Of a DNA stretch of 64,000 nt, positions 15,001-30,000 are shown one piece after another. The first letter of the stretch is position 1. Every line of letters begins with the position of its first letter. The stretch lies in contig JAUCBJ010009074.1 in the NCBI GenBank assembly GCA_032718475.1, positions 1-64,000 on the forward strand, read 5' to 3'. The position numbers and the translations under genes were made by a program. This DNA comes from Nemertoderma westbladi. Taxonomy: Eukaryota; Animalia; Xenacoelomorpha. The notes under the pieces are model-generated. The model did not search any database and was not told where the DNA came from. It saw nothing but the letters and a program-made list of their open reading frames with translations.

Positions 15001-18000
15001 ATGATTTCTAACCCACTCCACAAGATAAACAATCTTAAATGAAAGTCAAAAGAACAGGTAACACTTACATTTATAGAAGTAATCAGCTATTCTTTGCTTC
15101 GTCTTTCCCCTGGAGATGGATGAATTTTGATTGCGTCGGAACACCCCCTTTTTGAGGCTCTCAGAGTGGAGAGATAAGTAGCCTATCTCCCTGTTAATAT
15201 TGTTGTGTTCTAGAATATTTAATATAGTTTCATCGTATTGCCAAAGCGGCTGGAGCCAAAGTTAATATGTAACGCAATAATTCACCTCAAATATCTCAGC
15301 TATTTCATGAATATAATGATTATTAAAGCCATGTCAAAATCCTTGGGGTTTTTCAGCAATAATTTATCAAAATATCCTCAGATTTTTTACAAAAAACGAC
15401 ATCGTTTTTCATATTCATGACTTCTAACCCACTCCAAAAGATAAAGAATCTTAAATGAAAGTCAAAGGAGCAGGTAACACTTTCATTTATAGAAGTAATC
15501 AGCTGTTCTTTGCTTCGTCTTTCCCCAGGAGATGGATGAATTTTGATAGCGTCAGAACACCCCCTTTTTGAGGCTCTCAGAGTGGAGAGATAAGTAGCCT
15601 ATCTCTCTGTTAATATTGTTGGGTTCTAGAATATTTATTATAGTTTCATCGTATTGCTAATGTGGCTGCAGTTAAAGTTATTATGTAATGCAATAATTCA
15701 ACTCAAATATCTCAGTTTTTTCATGAACATAATGAAGTATTAAAGCCATGTCAAAATCCTTGGGGTTTTTCAGCAATAATTTATCAAAATATCCTCAGAT
15801 TTTTTACAAAAAACGACATCGTTTTTCATATTCATGACTTCTAACCCACTGTAAAAGATAAAGAATCTTAAATGAAAGTCAAAGGAGCAGGTAACACTTT
15901 CATTTATACATCGATTTTCATATTTATAACTTCTAATCCACTCCACAAGATAGAGAATCTTAAATGAAAGTCAAAAGAACAGGTAACACTTACATTTATA
16001 GAAGTAATCAGCTGTTATTTGCTTCGTCTTTCCCCTGCAGATGGATGAAATTTGATTGCGTCGGAACACCCCGTTTTTGAGGCTCTCAGAGTGAAGAGAT
16101 AAGTAGCCTATCTCCCTGTTAATATTGTTGTGTTCTAGAATATTTATTATAGTTTAATAATCGTCAAATATCTCAGTTTTTTCATGAACATAATGAAGTA
16201 TTAAAGCCATGTCAAAATCCTTGGGGTTTTTCAGCAATAATTTATCAAAATATCCTCTGATTTTTTTCAAAAACCACATCGATTTTCATATTTATAACTT
16301 CTAATCCACTCCACGAGATAGAGAATCTTAAACAAAAGTCATAAGAACAGGTAACACTTTCCTTTATAGAAGTATTCAGCTGTTATTTGCTTCGTCTTTC
16401 CCCTGGAGATGGATGAATTTTGATTGCGTCGGAACACCCCCTTTTTGAGGCTCTCAGAGTGGAGAGATAAGTAGCCTATCTCCCTGTTAATATTGTTGTG
16501 TTCTAGAATATTTAATATAGTTTCATCGTATTGCCAAAGCGGCTGGAGCCAAAGTTAATATGTAACGCAATAATTCACCTCAAATATCTCAGCTATTTCA
16601 AGAATATAATGAGTATTAAAGCCATGTCAAAATCCTTGGGGTTTTTCAGCAATAATTTATCAAAATATCCTCAGATTTTTTACAAAAAACGACATCGTTT
16701 TTCATATTCATGACTTCTAACCCACTCCAAAAGATAAAGAATCTTAAATGAAAGTCAAAGGAGCAGGTAACACTTTCATTTATACAAGTAATCAGCTGTT
16801 CTTTGCTTCGTCTTTCCCCAGGAGATGGATGAATTTTGATAGCGTCAGAACACCCCCTTTTTGAGGCTCTCAGAGTGGAGAGATAAGTAGCCTATCTCCC
16901 TGTTAATATTGTTGTGTTCTAGAATATTATTAAAGTTTCATCATATTGCCAAAGCGGCTGGAGCCAAAGTTAATATGTAATACAATAATTCACCTCAAAT
17001 ATCTCAGCTATTTCATGAACATAATGAAGTATTAAAGCCATGTCAAAATCCTTGGGGTTTTTCAGCAATAATTTATCAAAATATCCTCTGATTTTTTTCA
17101 AAAACCACATCGATTTTCGTATTTATAACTTCTAATCCACTCCACGAGATAGAGAATCTTAAACAAAAGTCATAAGAACAGGTAACACTTTCCTTTATAG
17201 AAGTATTCAGCTGTTATTTGCTTCGTCTTTCCCCTGGAGATGGATGAATTTTGATTGCGTCGGAACACCCCCTTTTTGAGGCTCTCAGAGTGGAGAGATA
17301 AGTAGCCTATCTCCCTGTTAATATTGTTGTGTTCTAGAATATTTATTATAGTTTCATCGTATTGCTAATGTGGCTGCAGTTAAAGTTATTATGTAATGCA
17401 ATAATTCACCTCAAATATCTCAGCTTTTTCATGAACATAATGAAGTATTAAAGCCATGTCAAAATCCTTGGGGTTTTTCAGCAATAATTTATCAAAAGAT
17501 CCTCAGATTTTTTACAAAAAACGACATCGATTTTCATATTCATATCTTCTAACCCACTCCACAAGATAAAGAATTTTAAATGAAAGTCAAAGGAGCAGGT
17601 AACACTTACATTTATAGAAGTAATCAGCTGTTCTTTGCTTCGTCTTTCCCCTGGAGATGGATGAATTTTGATTGCGTCGGAACACCCCGATTTTGAGGCT
17701 CTCAGATTGAAGAGATAAGTAGCCTATCTCCCTGTTAATATTGTTGTGTTCTAGAATATTATTAAAGTTTCATCATATTGCCAAAGCGGCTGGAGCCAAA
17801 GTTAATATGTAATACAATAATTCACCTCAAATATCTCAGCTATTTCATGAACATAATGAAGTATTAAAGCCATGTCAAAATCCTTGGTGTTTTTCAGCAA
17901 TAGTTAATCAAAATATCCTTTGATTTTTTTCAAAAACCACATCGATTTTTATATTTATAACTTCTAACTCACTCTTTGAGATAGCGAATCTTAAATGAAA

Positions 18001-21000
18001 GTCAAAAGAACAGGTAACACTTACATTTATAGAAGTAATCAGCTGTTCTTTGCTTCGTCTTTCCCCTGGAAATGGATTAATTTTGATTGCGTCGGAACAC
18101 CCCCTTTTTGAGGCTCTCAGAGTGAAGAGATGAGTAGCCTATCTCCCTGTTAATATTGTTGTGTTCTAGAATATTTATTATAGTTTAATAATCGTCAAAT
18201 ATCTCAGTTTTTTCATGAACATAATGAAGTATTAAAGCCATGTCAAAATCCTTGGGGTTTTTCAGCAATAATTTATCAAAATATCCTCTGATTTTTTTCA
18301 AAAACCACATCGATTTTCATATTCATATCTTCTAACCCACTCCACAAGATAAAGAATCTTAAATGAAAGTCAAAAGAGCAGGTAACACTTACATTTATAG
18401 AAGCCATCAGCTGTTGTTTGCTTCGTTTTTCCCCTGTAGATGGATGAATTTTGATTGCGTCGGAACACCCCCTTTTTGAGGCTCTCAGAGTGGAGAGATA
18501 AGTAGCCTATCTCCCTGTTAATATTGTTGTGTTCTAGAATATTTATTATAGTTTCATCGTATTGCCAAAGCGGCTGGAGCCAAAGTTAATATGTAATACA
18601 ATAATTCACCTCAAATATCTCAGCTATTTCATGAACATAATGAAGTATTAAAGCCATGTCAAAATCCTTGGTGTTTTTCAGCAATAATTAATCAAAATAT
18701 CCTTTGATTTTTTTCAAAAACCACATCGCTTTTTATATTTATAACTTCTAACCCACTCCATGAGATAGCGAATCTTAAATGAAAGTCAAAAGAACAGGTA
18801 ACACTTACATTTATAGAAGTAATCAGCTGTTATTTGCTTCGTCTTTCCCCTGCAGATGGATGAAATTTGATTGCGTCGGAACACCCCGTTTTTGAGGCTC
18901 TCAGAGTGAAGAGATAAGTAGCCTATCTCCCTGTTAATATTGTTGTGTTCTAGAATATTTATTATAGTTTAATAATCGTCAAATATCTCAGTTTTTTCAT
19001 GAACATAATGAAGTATTAAAGCCATGTCAAAATCCTTGGGGTTTTTCAGCAATAATTTATCAAAATATCCTCTGATTTTTTTCAAAAACCACATCGATTT
19101 TCATATTTATAACTTCTAATCCACTCCACGAGATAGAGAATCTTAAACAAAAGTCATAAGAACAGGTAACACTTTCCTTTATAGAAGTATTCAGCTGTTA
19201 TTTGCTTCGTCTTTCCCCAGGAGATGGATGAACTTTGATTGCGTCAGAACTCCCCCTTTTTGAGGCTCTCAGAGTGGAGGGATAAGTAGCCTATCTCCCT
19301 GTTAATATTGTTGTGTTCTGGAATATTTATTATAGTTTCATCGTATTGCCAAAGCGGCTGGTGCCGAAGTTAATATGTGATACAATAATTCACCTCAAAT
19401 ATCTCAGCTATTTCATGAATATAATGAGTATTAAATCCTTGTCAAAATCCTTGGTTTTTTTCAGCAATAATTTATTAAAATCTCCTCTGATTTTTTTCAA
19501 AAAACGACAACGATTTTCATATTCACGACTTCTATCCCAGTCCACAAGATAAAGAATCTTAAACGAAAGTCAAAAAACAGGTAACACTTACATTTATAGA
19601 AGTAATCAGCTGTTATTTGCTTCGTCTTTCCCCAGGAGATGGATGAACTTTGATTGCGTCGGAACACCCCCTTTTTGAGGCTCTCAGAATGAAGAGATAA
19701 GTAGCCTATCTTCCTGTTAATATTGTTGTGGTCTAGAATTTTTATTATAGTTTCATCGTATTGCTAATGTGGCTAGAGTTAAATTTATTATGTAATGCAA
19801 TAATTCACTTCAAATATCTCAGTTTTTTCATGAATATAATGAGTATTAAAGCCATGTCAAAATCCTTGGGGTTTTTCAGCAATAATTTATCAAAATATCC
19901 TCAGATTTTTTACAAAAAACGACATCGATTTTCATATTCATGATTTCTAACCCACTCCACAAGATAAACAATCTTAAATGAAAGTCAAAAGAACAGGTAA
20001 CACTTACATTTATAGAAGTAATCAGCTATTCTTTGCTTCGTCTTTCCCCTGGAGATGGATGAATTTTGATTGCGTCGGAACACCCCCTTTTTGAGGCTCT
20101 CAGAGTGGAGAGATAAGTAGCCTATCTCCCTGTTAATATTGTTGTGTTCTAGAATATTTAATATAGTTTCATCGTATTGCCAAAGCGGCTGGAGCCAAAG
20201 TTAATATGTAACGCAATAATTCACCTCAAATATCTCAGCTATTTCATGAATATAATGAGTATTAAAGCCATGTCAAAATCCTTGGGGTTTTTCAGCAATA
20301 ATTTATCAAAATATCCTCAGATTTTTTACAAAAAACGACATCGTTTTTCATATTCATGACTTCTAACCCACTCCAAAAGATAAAGAATCTTAAATGAAAG
20401 TCAAAGGAGCAGGTAACACTTTCATTTATAGAAGTAATCAGCTGTTCTTTGCTTCGTCTTTCCCCAGGAGATGGATGAATTTTGATAGCGTCAGAACACC
20501 CCCTTTTTGAGGCTCTCAGAGTGGAGAGATAAGTAGCCTATCTCTCTGTTAATATTGTTGGGTTCTAGAATATTTATTATAGTTTCATCGTATTGCTAAT
20601 GTGGCTGCAGTTAAAGTTATTATGTAATGCAATAATTCACCTCAAATATCTCAGTTTTTTCATGAACATAATGAAGTATTAAAGCCATGTCAAAATCCTT
20701 GGGGTTTTTCAGCAATAATTTATCAAAATATCCTCAGATTTTTTACAAAAAACGACATCGTTTTTCATATTCATGACTTCTAACCCACTGTAAAAGATAA
20801 AGAATCTTAAATGAAAGTCAAAGGAGCAGGTAACACTTTCATTTATACATCGATTTTCATATTTATAACTTCTAATCCACTCCACAAGATAGAGAATCTT
20901 AAATGAAAGTCAAAAGAACAGGTAACACTTACATTTATAGAAGTAATCAGCTGTTATTTGCTTCGTCTTTCCCCTGCAGATGGATGAAATTTGATTGCGT

Positions 21001-24000
21001 CGGAACACCCCGTTTTTGAGGCTCTCAGAGTGAAGAGATAAGTAGCCTATCTCCCTGTTAATATTGTTGTGTTCTAGAATATTTATTATAGTTTAATAAT
21101 CGTCAAATATCTCAGTTTTTTCATGAACATAATGAAGTATTAAAGCCATGTCAAAATCCTTGGGGTTTTTCAGCAATAATTTATCAAAATATCCTCTGAT
21201 TTTTTTAAAAAACCACATCGATTTTCATATTTATAACTTCTAATCCACTCCACGAGATAGAGAATCTTAAACAAAAGTCATAAGAACAGGTAACACTTTC
21301 CTTTATAGAAGTATTCAGCTGTTATTTGCTTCGTCTTTCCCCAGGAGTTGGATGAACTTTGATTGCGTCGGAACTCCCCCTTTTTGAGGCTCTCAGAGTG
21401 GAGGCATAAGTAGCCTATCTCCCTGTTAATATTGTTGTGTTCTGGAATATTTATTATAGTTTCATCGTATTGCCAAAGCGGCTGGTGCCGAAGTTAATAT
21501 GTGATACAATAATTCACCTCAAATATCTCTGCTATTTCATGAATATAATGAGTATTAAATCCTTGTCAAAATCCTTGGTTTTTTTCAGCAANNNNNNNNN
21601 NNNNNNNNNNNNNNNNNNNNNNNNNNNNNNNNNNNNNNNNNNNNNNNNNNNNNNNNNNNNNNNNNNNNNNNNNNNNNNNNNNNNNNNNNNNCAAAAACCA
21701 CATCGCTTTTTATATTTATAACTTCTAACCCACTCCATGAGATAGCGAATCTTAAATGAAAGTCAAAAGAACAGGTAACACTTACATTTATAGAAGTAAT
21801 CAGCTGTTATTTGCTTCGTCTTTCCCCTGCAGATGGATGAAATTTGATTGCGTCGGAACACCCCGTTTTTGAGGCTCTCAGAGTGAAGAGATAAGTAGCC
21901 TATCTCCCTGTTAATATTGTTGTGTTCTAGAATATTTATTATAGTTTAATAATCGTCAAATATCTCAGTTTTTTCATGAACATAATGAAGTATTAAAGCC
22001 ATGTCAAAATCCTTGGGGTTTTTCAGCAATAATTTATCAAAATATCCTCTGATTTTTTTCAAAAACCACATCGATTTTCATATTTATAACTTCTAATCCA
22101 CTCCACGAGATAGAGAATCTTAAACAAAAGTCATAAGAACAGGTAACACTTTCCTTTATAGAAGTATTCAGCTGTTATTTGCTTCGTCTTTCCCCAGGAG
22201 ATGGATGAACTTTGATTGCGTCAGAACTCCCCCTTTTTGAGGCTCTCAGAGTGGAGGGATAAGTAGCCTATCTCCCTGTTAATATTGTTGTGTTCTGGAA
22301 TATTTATTATAGTTTCATCGTATTGCCAAAGCGGCTGGTGCCGAAGTTAATATGTGATACAATAATTCACCTCAAATATCTCAGCTATTTCATGAATATA
22401 ATGAGTATTAAATCCTTGTCAAAATCCTTGGTTTTTTTCAGCAATAATTTATTAAAATCTCCTCTGATTTTTTTCAAAAAACGACAACGATTTTCATATT
22501 CACGACTTCTATCCCAGTCCACAAGATAAAGAATCTTAAACGAAAGTCAAAAAACAGGTAACACTTACATTTATAGAAGTAATCAGCTGTTATTTGCTTC
22601 GTCTTTCCCCAGGAGATGGATGAACTTTGATTGCGTCGGAACACCCCCTTTTTGAGGCTCTCAGAATGAAGAGATAAGTAGCCTATCTTCCTGTTAATAT
22701 TGTTGTGGTCTAGAATTTTTATTATAGTTTCATCGTATTGCTAATGTGGCTAGAGTTAAATTTATTATGTAATGCAATAATTCACTTCAAATATCTCAGT
22801 TTTTTCATGAATATAATGAGTATTAAAGCCATGTCAAAATCCTTGGGGTTTTTCAGCAATAATTTATCAAAATATCCTCAGATTTTTTACAAAAAACGAC
22901 ATCGATTTTCATATTCATGATTTCTAACCCACTCCACAAGATAAACAATCTTAAATGAAAGTCAAAAGAACAGGTAACACTTACATTTATAGAAGTAATC
23001 AGCTATTCTTTGCTTCGTCTTTCCCCTGGAGATGGATGAATTTTGATTGCGTCGGAACACCCCCTTTTTGAGGCTCTCAGAGTGGAGAGATAAGTAGCCT
23101 ATCTCCCTGTTAATATTGTTGTGTTCTAGAATATTTAATATAGTTTCATCGTATTGCCAAAGCGGCTGGAGCCAAAGTTAATATGTAACGCAATAATTCA
23201 CCTCAAATATCTCAGCTATTTCATGAATATAATGAGTATTAAAGCCATGTCAAAATCCTTGGGGTTTTTCAGCAATAATTTATCAAAATATCCTCAGATT
23301 TTTTACAAAAAACGACATCGTTTTTCATATTCATGACTTCTAACCCACTCCAAAAGATAAAGAATCTTAAATGAAAGTCAAAGGAGCAGGTAACACTTTC
23401 ATTTATAGAAGTAATCAGCTGTTCTTTGCTTCGTCTTTCCCCAGGAGATGGATGAATTTTGATAGCGTCAGAACACCCCCTTTTTGAGGCTCTCAGAGTG
23501 GAGAGATAAGTAGCCTATCTCTCTGTTAATATTGTTGGGTTCTAGAATATTTATTATAGTTTCATCGTATTGCTAATGTGGCTGCAGTTAAAGTTATTAT
23601 GTAATGCAATAATTCACCTCAAATATCTCAGTTTTTTCATGAACATAATGAAGTATTAAAGCCATGTCAAAATCCTTGGGGTTTTTCAGCAATAATTTAT
23701 CAAAATATCCTCAGATTTTTTACAAAAAACGACATCGTTTTTCATATTCATGACTTCTAACCCACTGTAAAAGATAAAGAATCTTAAATGAAAGTCAAAG
23801 GAGCAGGTAACACTTTCATTTATACATCGATTTTCATATTTATAACTTCTAATCCACTCCACAAGATAGAGAATCTTAAATGAAAGTCAAAAGAACAGGT
23901 AACACTTACATTTATAGAAGTAATCAGCTGTTATTTGCTTCGTCTTTCCCCTGCAGATGGATGAAATTTGATTGCGTCGGAACACCCCGTTTTTGAGGCT

Positions 24001-27000
24001 CTCAGAGTGAAGAGATAAGTAGCCTATCTCCCTGTTAATATTGTTGTGTTCTAGAATATTTATTATAGTTTAATAATCGTCAAATATCTCAGTTTTTTCA
24101 TGAACATAATGAAGTATTAAAGCCATGTCAAAATCCTTGGGGTTTTTCAGCAATAATTTATCAAAATATCCTCTGATTTTTTTAAAAAACCACATCGATT
24201 TTCATATTTATAACTTCTAATCCACTCCACGAGATAGAGAATCTTAAACAAAAGTCATAAGAACAGGTAACACTTTCCTTTATAGAAGTATTCAGCTGTT
24301 ATTTGCTTCGTCTTTCCCCAGGAGTTGGATGAACTTTGATTGCGTCGGAACTCCCCCTTTTTGAGGCTCTCAGAGTGGAGGCATAAGTAGCCTATCTCCC
24401 TGTTAATATTGTTGTGTTCTGGAATATTTATTATAGTTTCATCGTATTGCCAAAGCGGCTGGTGCCGAAGTTAATATGTGATACAATAATTCACCTCAAA
24501 TATCTCTGCTATTTCATGAATATAATGAGTATTAAATCCTTGTCAAAATCCTTGGTTTTTTTCAGCAATAATTTATTAAAATCTCCTCTGATTTTTTTCA
24601 AAAAACGACAACGATTTTCATATTCACGACTTCTATCCCAGTCCACAAGATAAAGAACGAAAGTCAAAAAACAGGTAACACTTACATTTATAGAAGTAAT
24701 CAGCTGTTATTTGCTTCGTCTTTCCCCAGGAGATGGATGAACTTTGATTGCGTCAGAACACCCCCTTTTTGAGGCTCTCAGAATGAAGAGATAAGTAGCC
24801 TATCTCCCTGTTAATATTGTTGTGGTCTAGAATTTTTATTATAGTTTCATCGTATTGCTAATGTGGCTAGAGTTAAATTTATTATGTAATGCAATAATTC
24901 ACTTCAAATATCTCAGTTTTTTCATGAATATAATGAGTATTAAAGCCATGTCAAAATCCTTGGGGTTTTTCAGCAATAATTTATCAAAATATCCTCAGAT
25001 TTTTTACAAAAAACGACATCGATTTTCATATTCATGATTTCTAACCCACTCCACAAGATAAACAATCTTAAATGAAAGTCAAAAGAACAGGTAACACTTT
25101 CATTTATAGAAGTAATCAGCTGTTCTTTGCTTCGTCTTTCCCCAGGAGATGGATGAATTTTGATAGCGTCAGAACACCCCCTTTTTGAGGCTCTCAGAGT
25201 GGAGAGATAAGTAGCCTATCTCTCTGTTAATATTGTTGGGTTCTAGAATATTTATTATAGTTTCATCGTATTGCTAATGTGGCTGCAGTTAAAGTTATTA
25301 TGTAATGCAATAATTCACCTCAAATATCTCAGTTTTTTCATGAACATAATGAAGTATTAAAGCCATGTCAAAATCCTTGGGGTTTTTCAGCAATAATTTA
25401 TCAAAATATCCTCAGATTTTTTACAAAAAACGACATCGTTTTTCATATTCATGACTTCTAACCCACTGTAAAAGATAAAGAATCTTAAATGAAAGTCAAA
25501 GGAGCAGGTAACACTTTCATTTATAGAAGTAATCAGCTGTTCTTTGCTTCGTCTTTCCCCAGGAGATGGATGAATTTTGATAGCGTCAGAACACCCCCTT
25601 TTTGAGGCTCTCAGAGTGGAGAGATAAGTAGCCTATCTCCCTGTTAATATTGTTGTGTTCTAGAATATTTATTATAGTCTCATCGTATTGCTAATGTGGC
25701 TGCAGTTAAAGTTATTATGTAATGCAATAATTCACCTCAAATATCTCAGCTATTTCATGAACATAATGAAGTATTAAAGCCATGTCAAAATCCTTGGTGT
25801 TTTTCAGCAATAATTAATCAAAATATCCTTTGATTTTTTTCAAAAACCACAACGATTTTCATATTTATAACTTCTAACCCACTCTATGAGATAGCGAATC
25901 TTAAATGAAAGTCAAAAGAACAGGTAACACTTACATTTATAGAAATAATCAGCTGTTCTTTGCTTCGTCTTTCCCATGGAGATGGATGAAATTTGATTGC
26001 GTCGGAACACCCCGTTCTTGAGGCTCTCAGAGTGAAGAGATAAGTAGTCTATCTCCCTGTTAATATTGTTGTGTTCTAGAATATTTATTATAGTTTAATC
26101 GTATTACAAAAGCGGCTGGAGCCGAAGTTAATATGTAATACAATAACTCACCTCAAATATCTCAGTTTTTTCATGAACATAATGAAGTATTAAAGCCATG
26201 TCAAAATCCTTGGTGTTTTTCTGCAATAATTTATCAAAATCTCCTCCGATTTTTTACAAAAAACGACATCGATTTTCATATTTTTGACTTCTATCCCAGT
26301 CCACAAGATAAAGAATCTTAAACGAAAGTCAAAAAACAGGTAACACTTACATTTATAGAAGTTATCAGCTGTTATTTGCTTCGTCTTCCCCTGGAGATGG
26401 TTGAATTTTGATTGAGTCAAAACACGCCTCCGTATCTGTGGCTGTCTGAGTGGAGAGATAAGTAGCCTATCTCCATGTTAATATTGTTGTGTTCTAGAAT
26501 ATTTATTATAGTTTCATCGTATTGCTAAAGTTGCTGGAGTTAAAGTTATTATGTAATGCAATAATTCACCTCAAATATCTCAGTTTTTTCATGAACATAA
26601 TGAAGTATTAAAGCCATGTCAAAATCCTTGGGGTTTTTCAGCAATAATTTATCAAAAGATCCTCAGATTTTTTACAAAAAACGACATCGATTTTCATATT
26701 CATATCTTCTAACCCACTCCACAAGATAAAGAATCTTAAATGAAAGTCAAAGGAGCAGGTAACACTTACATTTATAGAAGTAATCAGCTGTTCTTTGCTT
26801 CGTCTTTCCCCTGGAGATGGATGAATTTTGATTGCGTCGGAACACCCCGTTTTTGAGGCTCTCAGATTGAAGAGATAAGTAGCCTATCTCCCTGTTAATA
26901 TTGTTGTGTTCTAGAATATTTATTATAGTTTCATCGTATTGCTAATGTGGCTGCAGTTAAAGTTATTATGTAATGCAATAATTCACCTCAAATATCTCAG

Positions 27001-30000
27001 CTTTTTCATGAACATAATGAAGTATTAAAGCCATGTCAAAATCCTTGGTGTTTTTCAGCAATAATTAATCAAAATATCCTTTGATTTTTTTCAAAAACCA
27101 CAACGATTTTCATATTTATAATTTCTAACCCACTCTATGAGATAGCGAATCTTAAATGAAAGTCAAAAGAACAGGTAACACTTACATTTATAGAAATAAT
27201 CAGCTGTTCTTTGCTTTGTCTTTCCCAAGGATATGGATGAAATTTGATTGCGTCGGAACACCCCGTTCTTGAGGCTCTCAGAGTGAAGAGATAAGTAGCC
27301 TATCTCCATGTTAATATTGTTGTGTTCTAGAATATTTATTATAGTTTAATCGTATTACCAAAGCGGCTGGAGCCGAAGTTAATATGTAATACAATAACTC
27401 ACCTCAAATATCTCAGTTTTTTCATGAACATAATGAAGTATTAAAGCCATGTCAAAATCCTTGGTGTTTTTCTGCAATAATTTATCAAAATCTCCTCCGA
27501 TTTTTTACAAAAAACGACATCGATTTTCATATTCATGACTTCTATCCCAGTCCACAAGATAAAGAATCTTAAATGAAAGTCAAAAACAGGTAACACTTAC
27601 ATTTATAGAAGTTATCAGCTGTTATTTGCTTCGTCTTCCCCTGGAGATGGTTGAATTTTGATTGAGTCAAAACACGCCTCCCTATCTGTGGCTGTCTGAG
27701 TGGAGAGATAAGTAGCCTATCTCCATGTTAATTATTGTTGTGTTCTAGAATATTTATTATAGTTTCATCGTATTGCTAAAGTGGCTGGAGTTAAAGTTAT
27801 TATGTAATGCAATAATTCACCTCAAATATCTCAGTTTTTTCATGAACATAATGAAGTATTAAAGCCATGTCAAAATCCTTGGGGTTTTTCAGCAATAATT
27901 TATCAAAAGATCCTCAGATTTTTTACAAAAAACGACATCGATTTTCATATTCATATCTTCTAACCCACTCCACAAGATAAAGAATCTTAATTGAAAGTCA
28001 AAGGAGCAGGTAACACTTACATTTATAGAAGTAATCAGCTGTTCTTTGCTTCGTCTTTCCCCTGGAGATGGATGAATTTTGATTGCGTCGGAACACCCCG
28101 TTTTTGAGGCTCTCAGATTGAAGAGATAAGTAGCCTATCTCCCTGTTAATATTGTTGTGTTCTAGAATATTATTAAAGTTTCATCATATTGCCAAAGCGG
28201 CTGGAGCCAAAGTTAATATGTAATACAATAATTCACCTCAAATTTCTCAGCTATTTCATGAACATAATGAAGTATTAAAGCCATGTCAAAATCCTTGGTG
28301 TTTTTCAGCAATAATTAATCAAAATATCCTTTGATTTTTTTCAAAAACCACATCGATTTTTATATTTATAACTTCTAACTCACTCTTTGAGATAGCGAAT
28401 CTTAAATGAAAGTCAAAAGAACAGGTAACACTTACATTTATAGAAGTAATCAGCTGTTCTTTGCTTCGTCTTTCCCCTGGAAATGGATTAATTTTAATTG
28501 CGTCGGAACACCCCCTTTTTGAGGCTGTCAGAGTGAAGAGATGAGTAGCCTATCTCCCTGTTAATATTGTTGTGTTCTAGAATATTTATTATAGTTTCAT
28601 CGTATTGCCAAAGCGGCTGGAGCCAAAGTTAATATGTAATGCAATAATTCACCTCAAATATCTCTGCTATTTCATGAATATAATGAGTATTAAATCCTTG
28701 TCAAAATCCTTGGTGTTTTTCAGCAATAATTTATTAAAATCTCCTCTGATTTTTTACTAAAAACGACATCGATTATCATATTCATGACTTCTAACCCAAT
28801 CCAACAGATCGACAATCTTCAACGAATGTCTAAAGAACAGGTAACACTTACATTTATAGAAGTAATCAGCTATTCTTTGCTTCGTCTTTCCCCTGGAGAT
28901 GGATGAATTTTGATTGCGTCGGAACACCCCGTTTTTGAGGCTCTAAGAATGAAGAGATAAGTAGCCTATTTCCCTGTTAATATTGTTGTGTTCTAGAATA
29001 TTTATTATAGTTTCATCGTATTGCCAAAGAGACTGGAGCTGAAGTTAATATATAATGCAACAATTCACCTCAAGTATCTCAGCTATTTCATGAACATAAT
29101 GAAGTATTAAAGCCATGTCAAAATCCTTGGTGTTTTTCAGCAATAATTAATCAAAATATCCTTTGATTTTTTTCAAAAACCACATCGATTTTCATATTTA
29201 TAACTTCTAACCCACTCCATGAGATAGCGAATCTTAAATGAAAGTCAAAAGAACAGGTAACACTTACATTTATAGAAGTAATCAGCTGTTCTTTGCTTCG
29301 TCTTTCCCCTGGAGATGGATGAAATTTGATTGCGTCGGAACACCCCGTTTTTGAGGATCTCAGAGTGAAGAGATAAGTAGCCTATCTCCCTGTTAATATT
29401 GTTGTGTTCTAGAATATTTATTATAGTTGCATCGTATTGCCAAAGCGGCTGGAGCCGAAGTTAATATGTAATACAATAACTCACCTCAAATATCTCAGTT
29501 TTTTCATGAACATAATGAAGTATTAAAGCCATGTCAAAATCCTTGGTGTTTTTCTGCCATAATTTATCAAAATCTCCTCTGATTTTTTACAAAAAACGAC
29601 ATCGATTTTCATATTCATGACTTCTAACCCAGTCAACAAGATAAAGAATCTTAAACGAAGGTCAAAAATAGGGTAACACTTACATTTATAGAAGTTATCA
29701 GCTATTAATTGCTTCGTCTTCCCCTGGAGATGTTTGAATTTTGATTGTGTCAAAACACCCTTCCCTATCTGTGGCTGTCTGAGTGGAGAGATAAATAGCC
29801 TATCTCCATGTTAATATTGTTGTGTTCTAGAATATTTATTATAGTTTCATCGTATTGCTAAAGTGGCTGGAGTTAAAGTTATTATGTAATGCAATAATTC
29901 ACCTCAAATATCTCAGTTTTTTCATGAACATAATGAAGTATTAAAGCCATGTCAAAATCCTTGGGGTTTTTCAGCAATAATTTATCAAAATATCCTCTGA

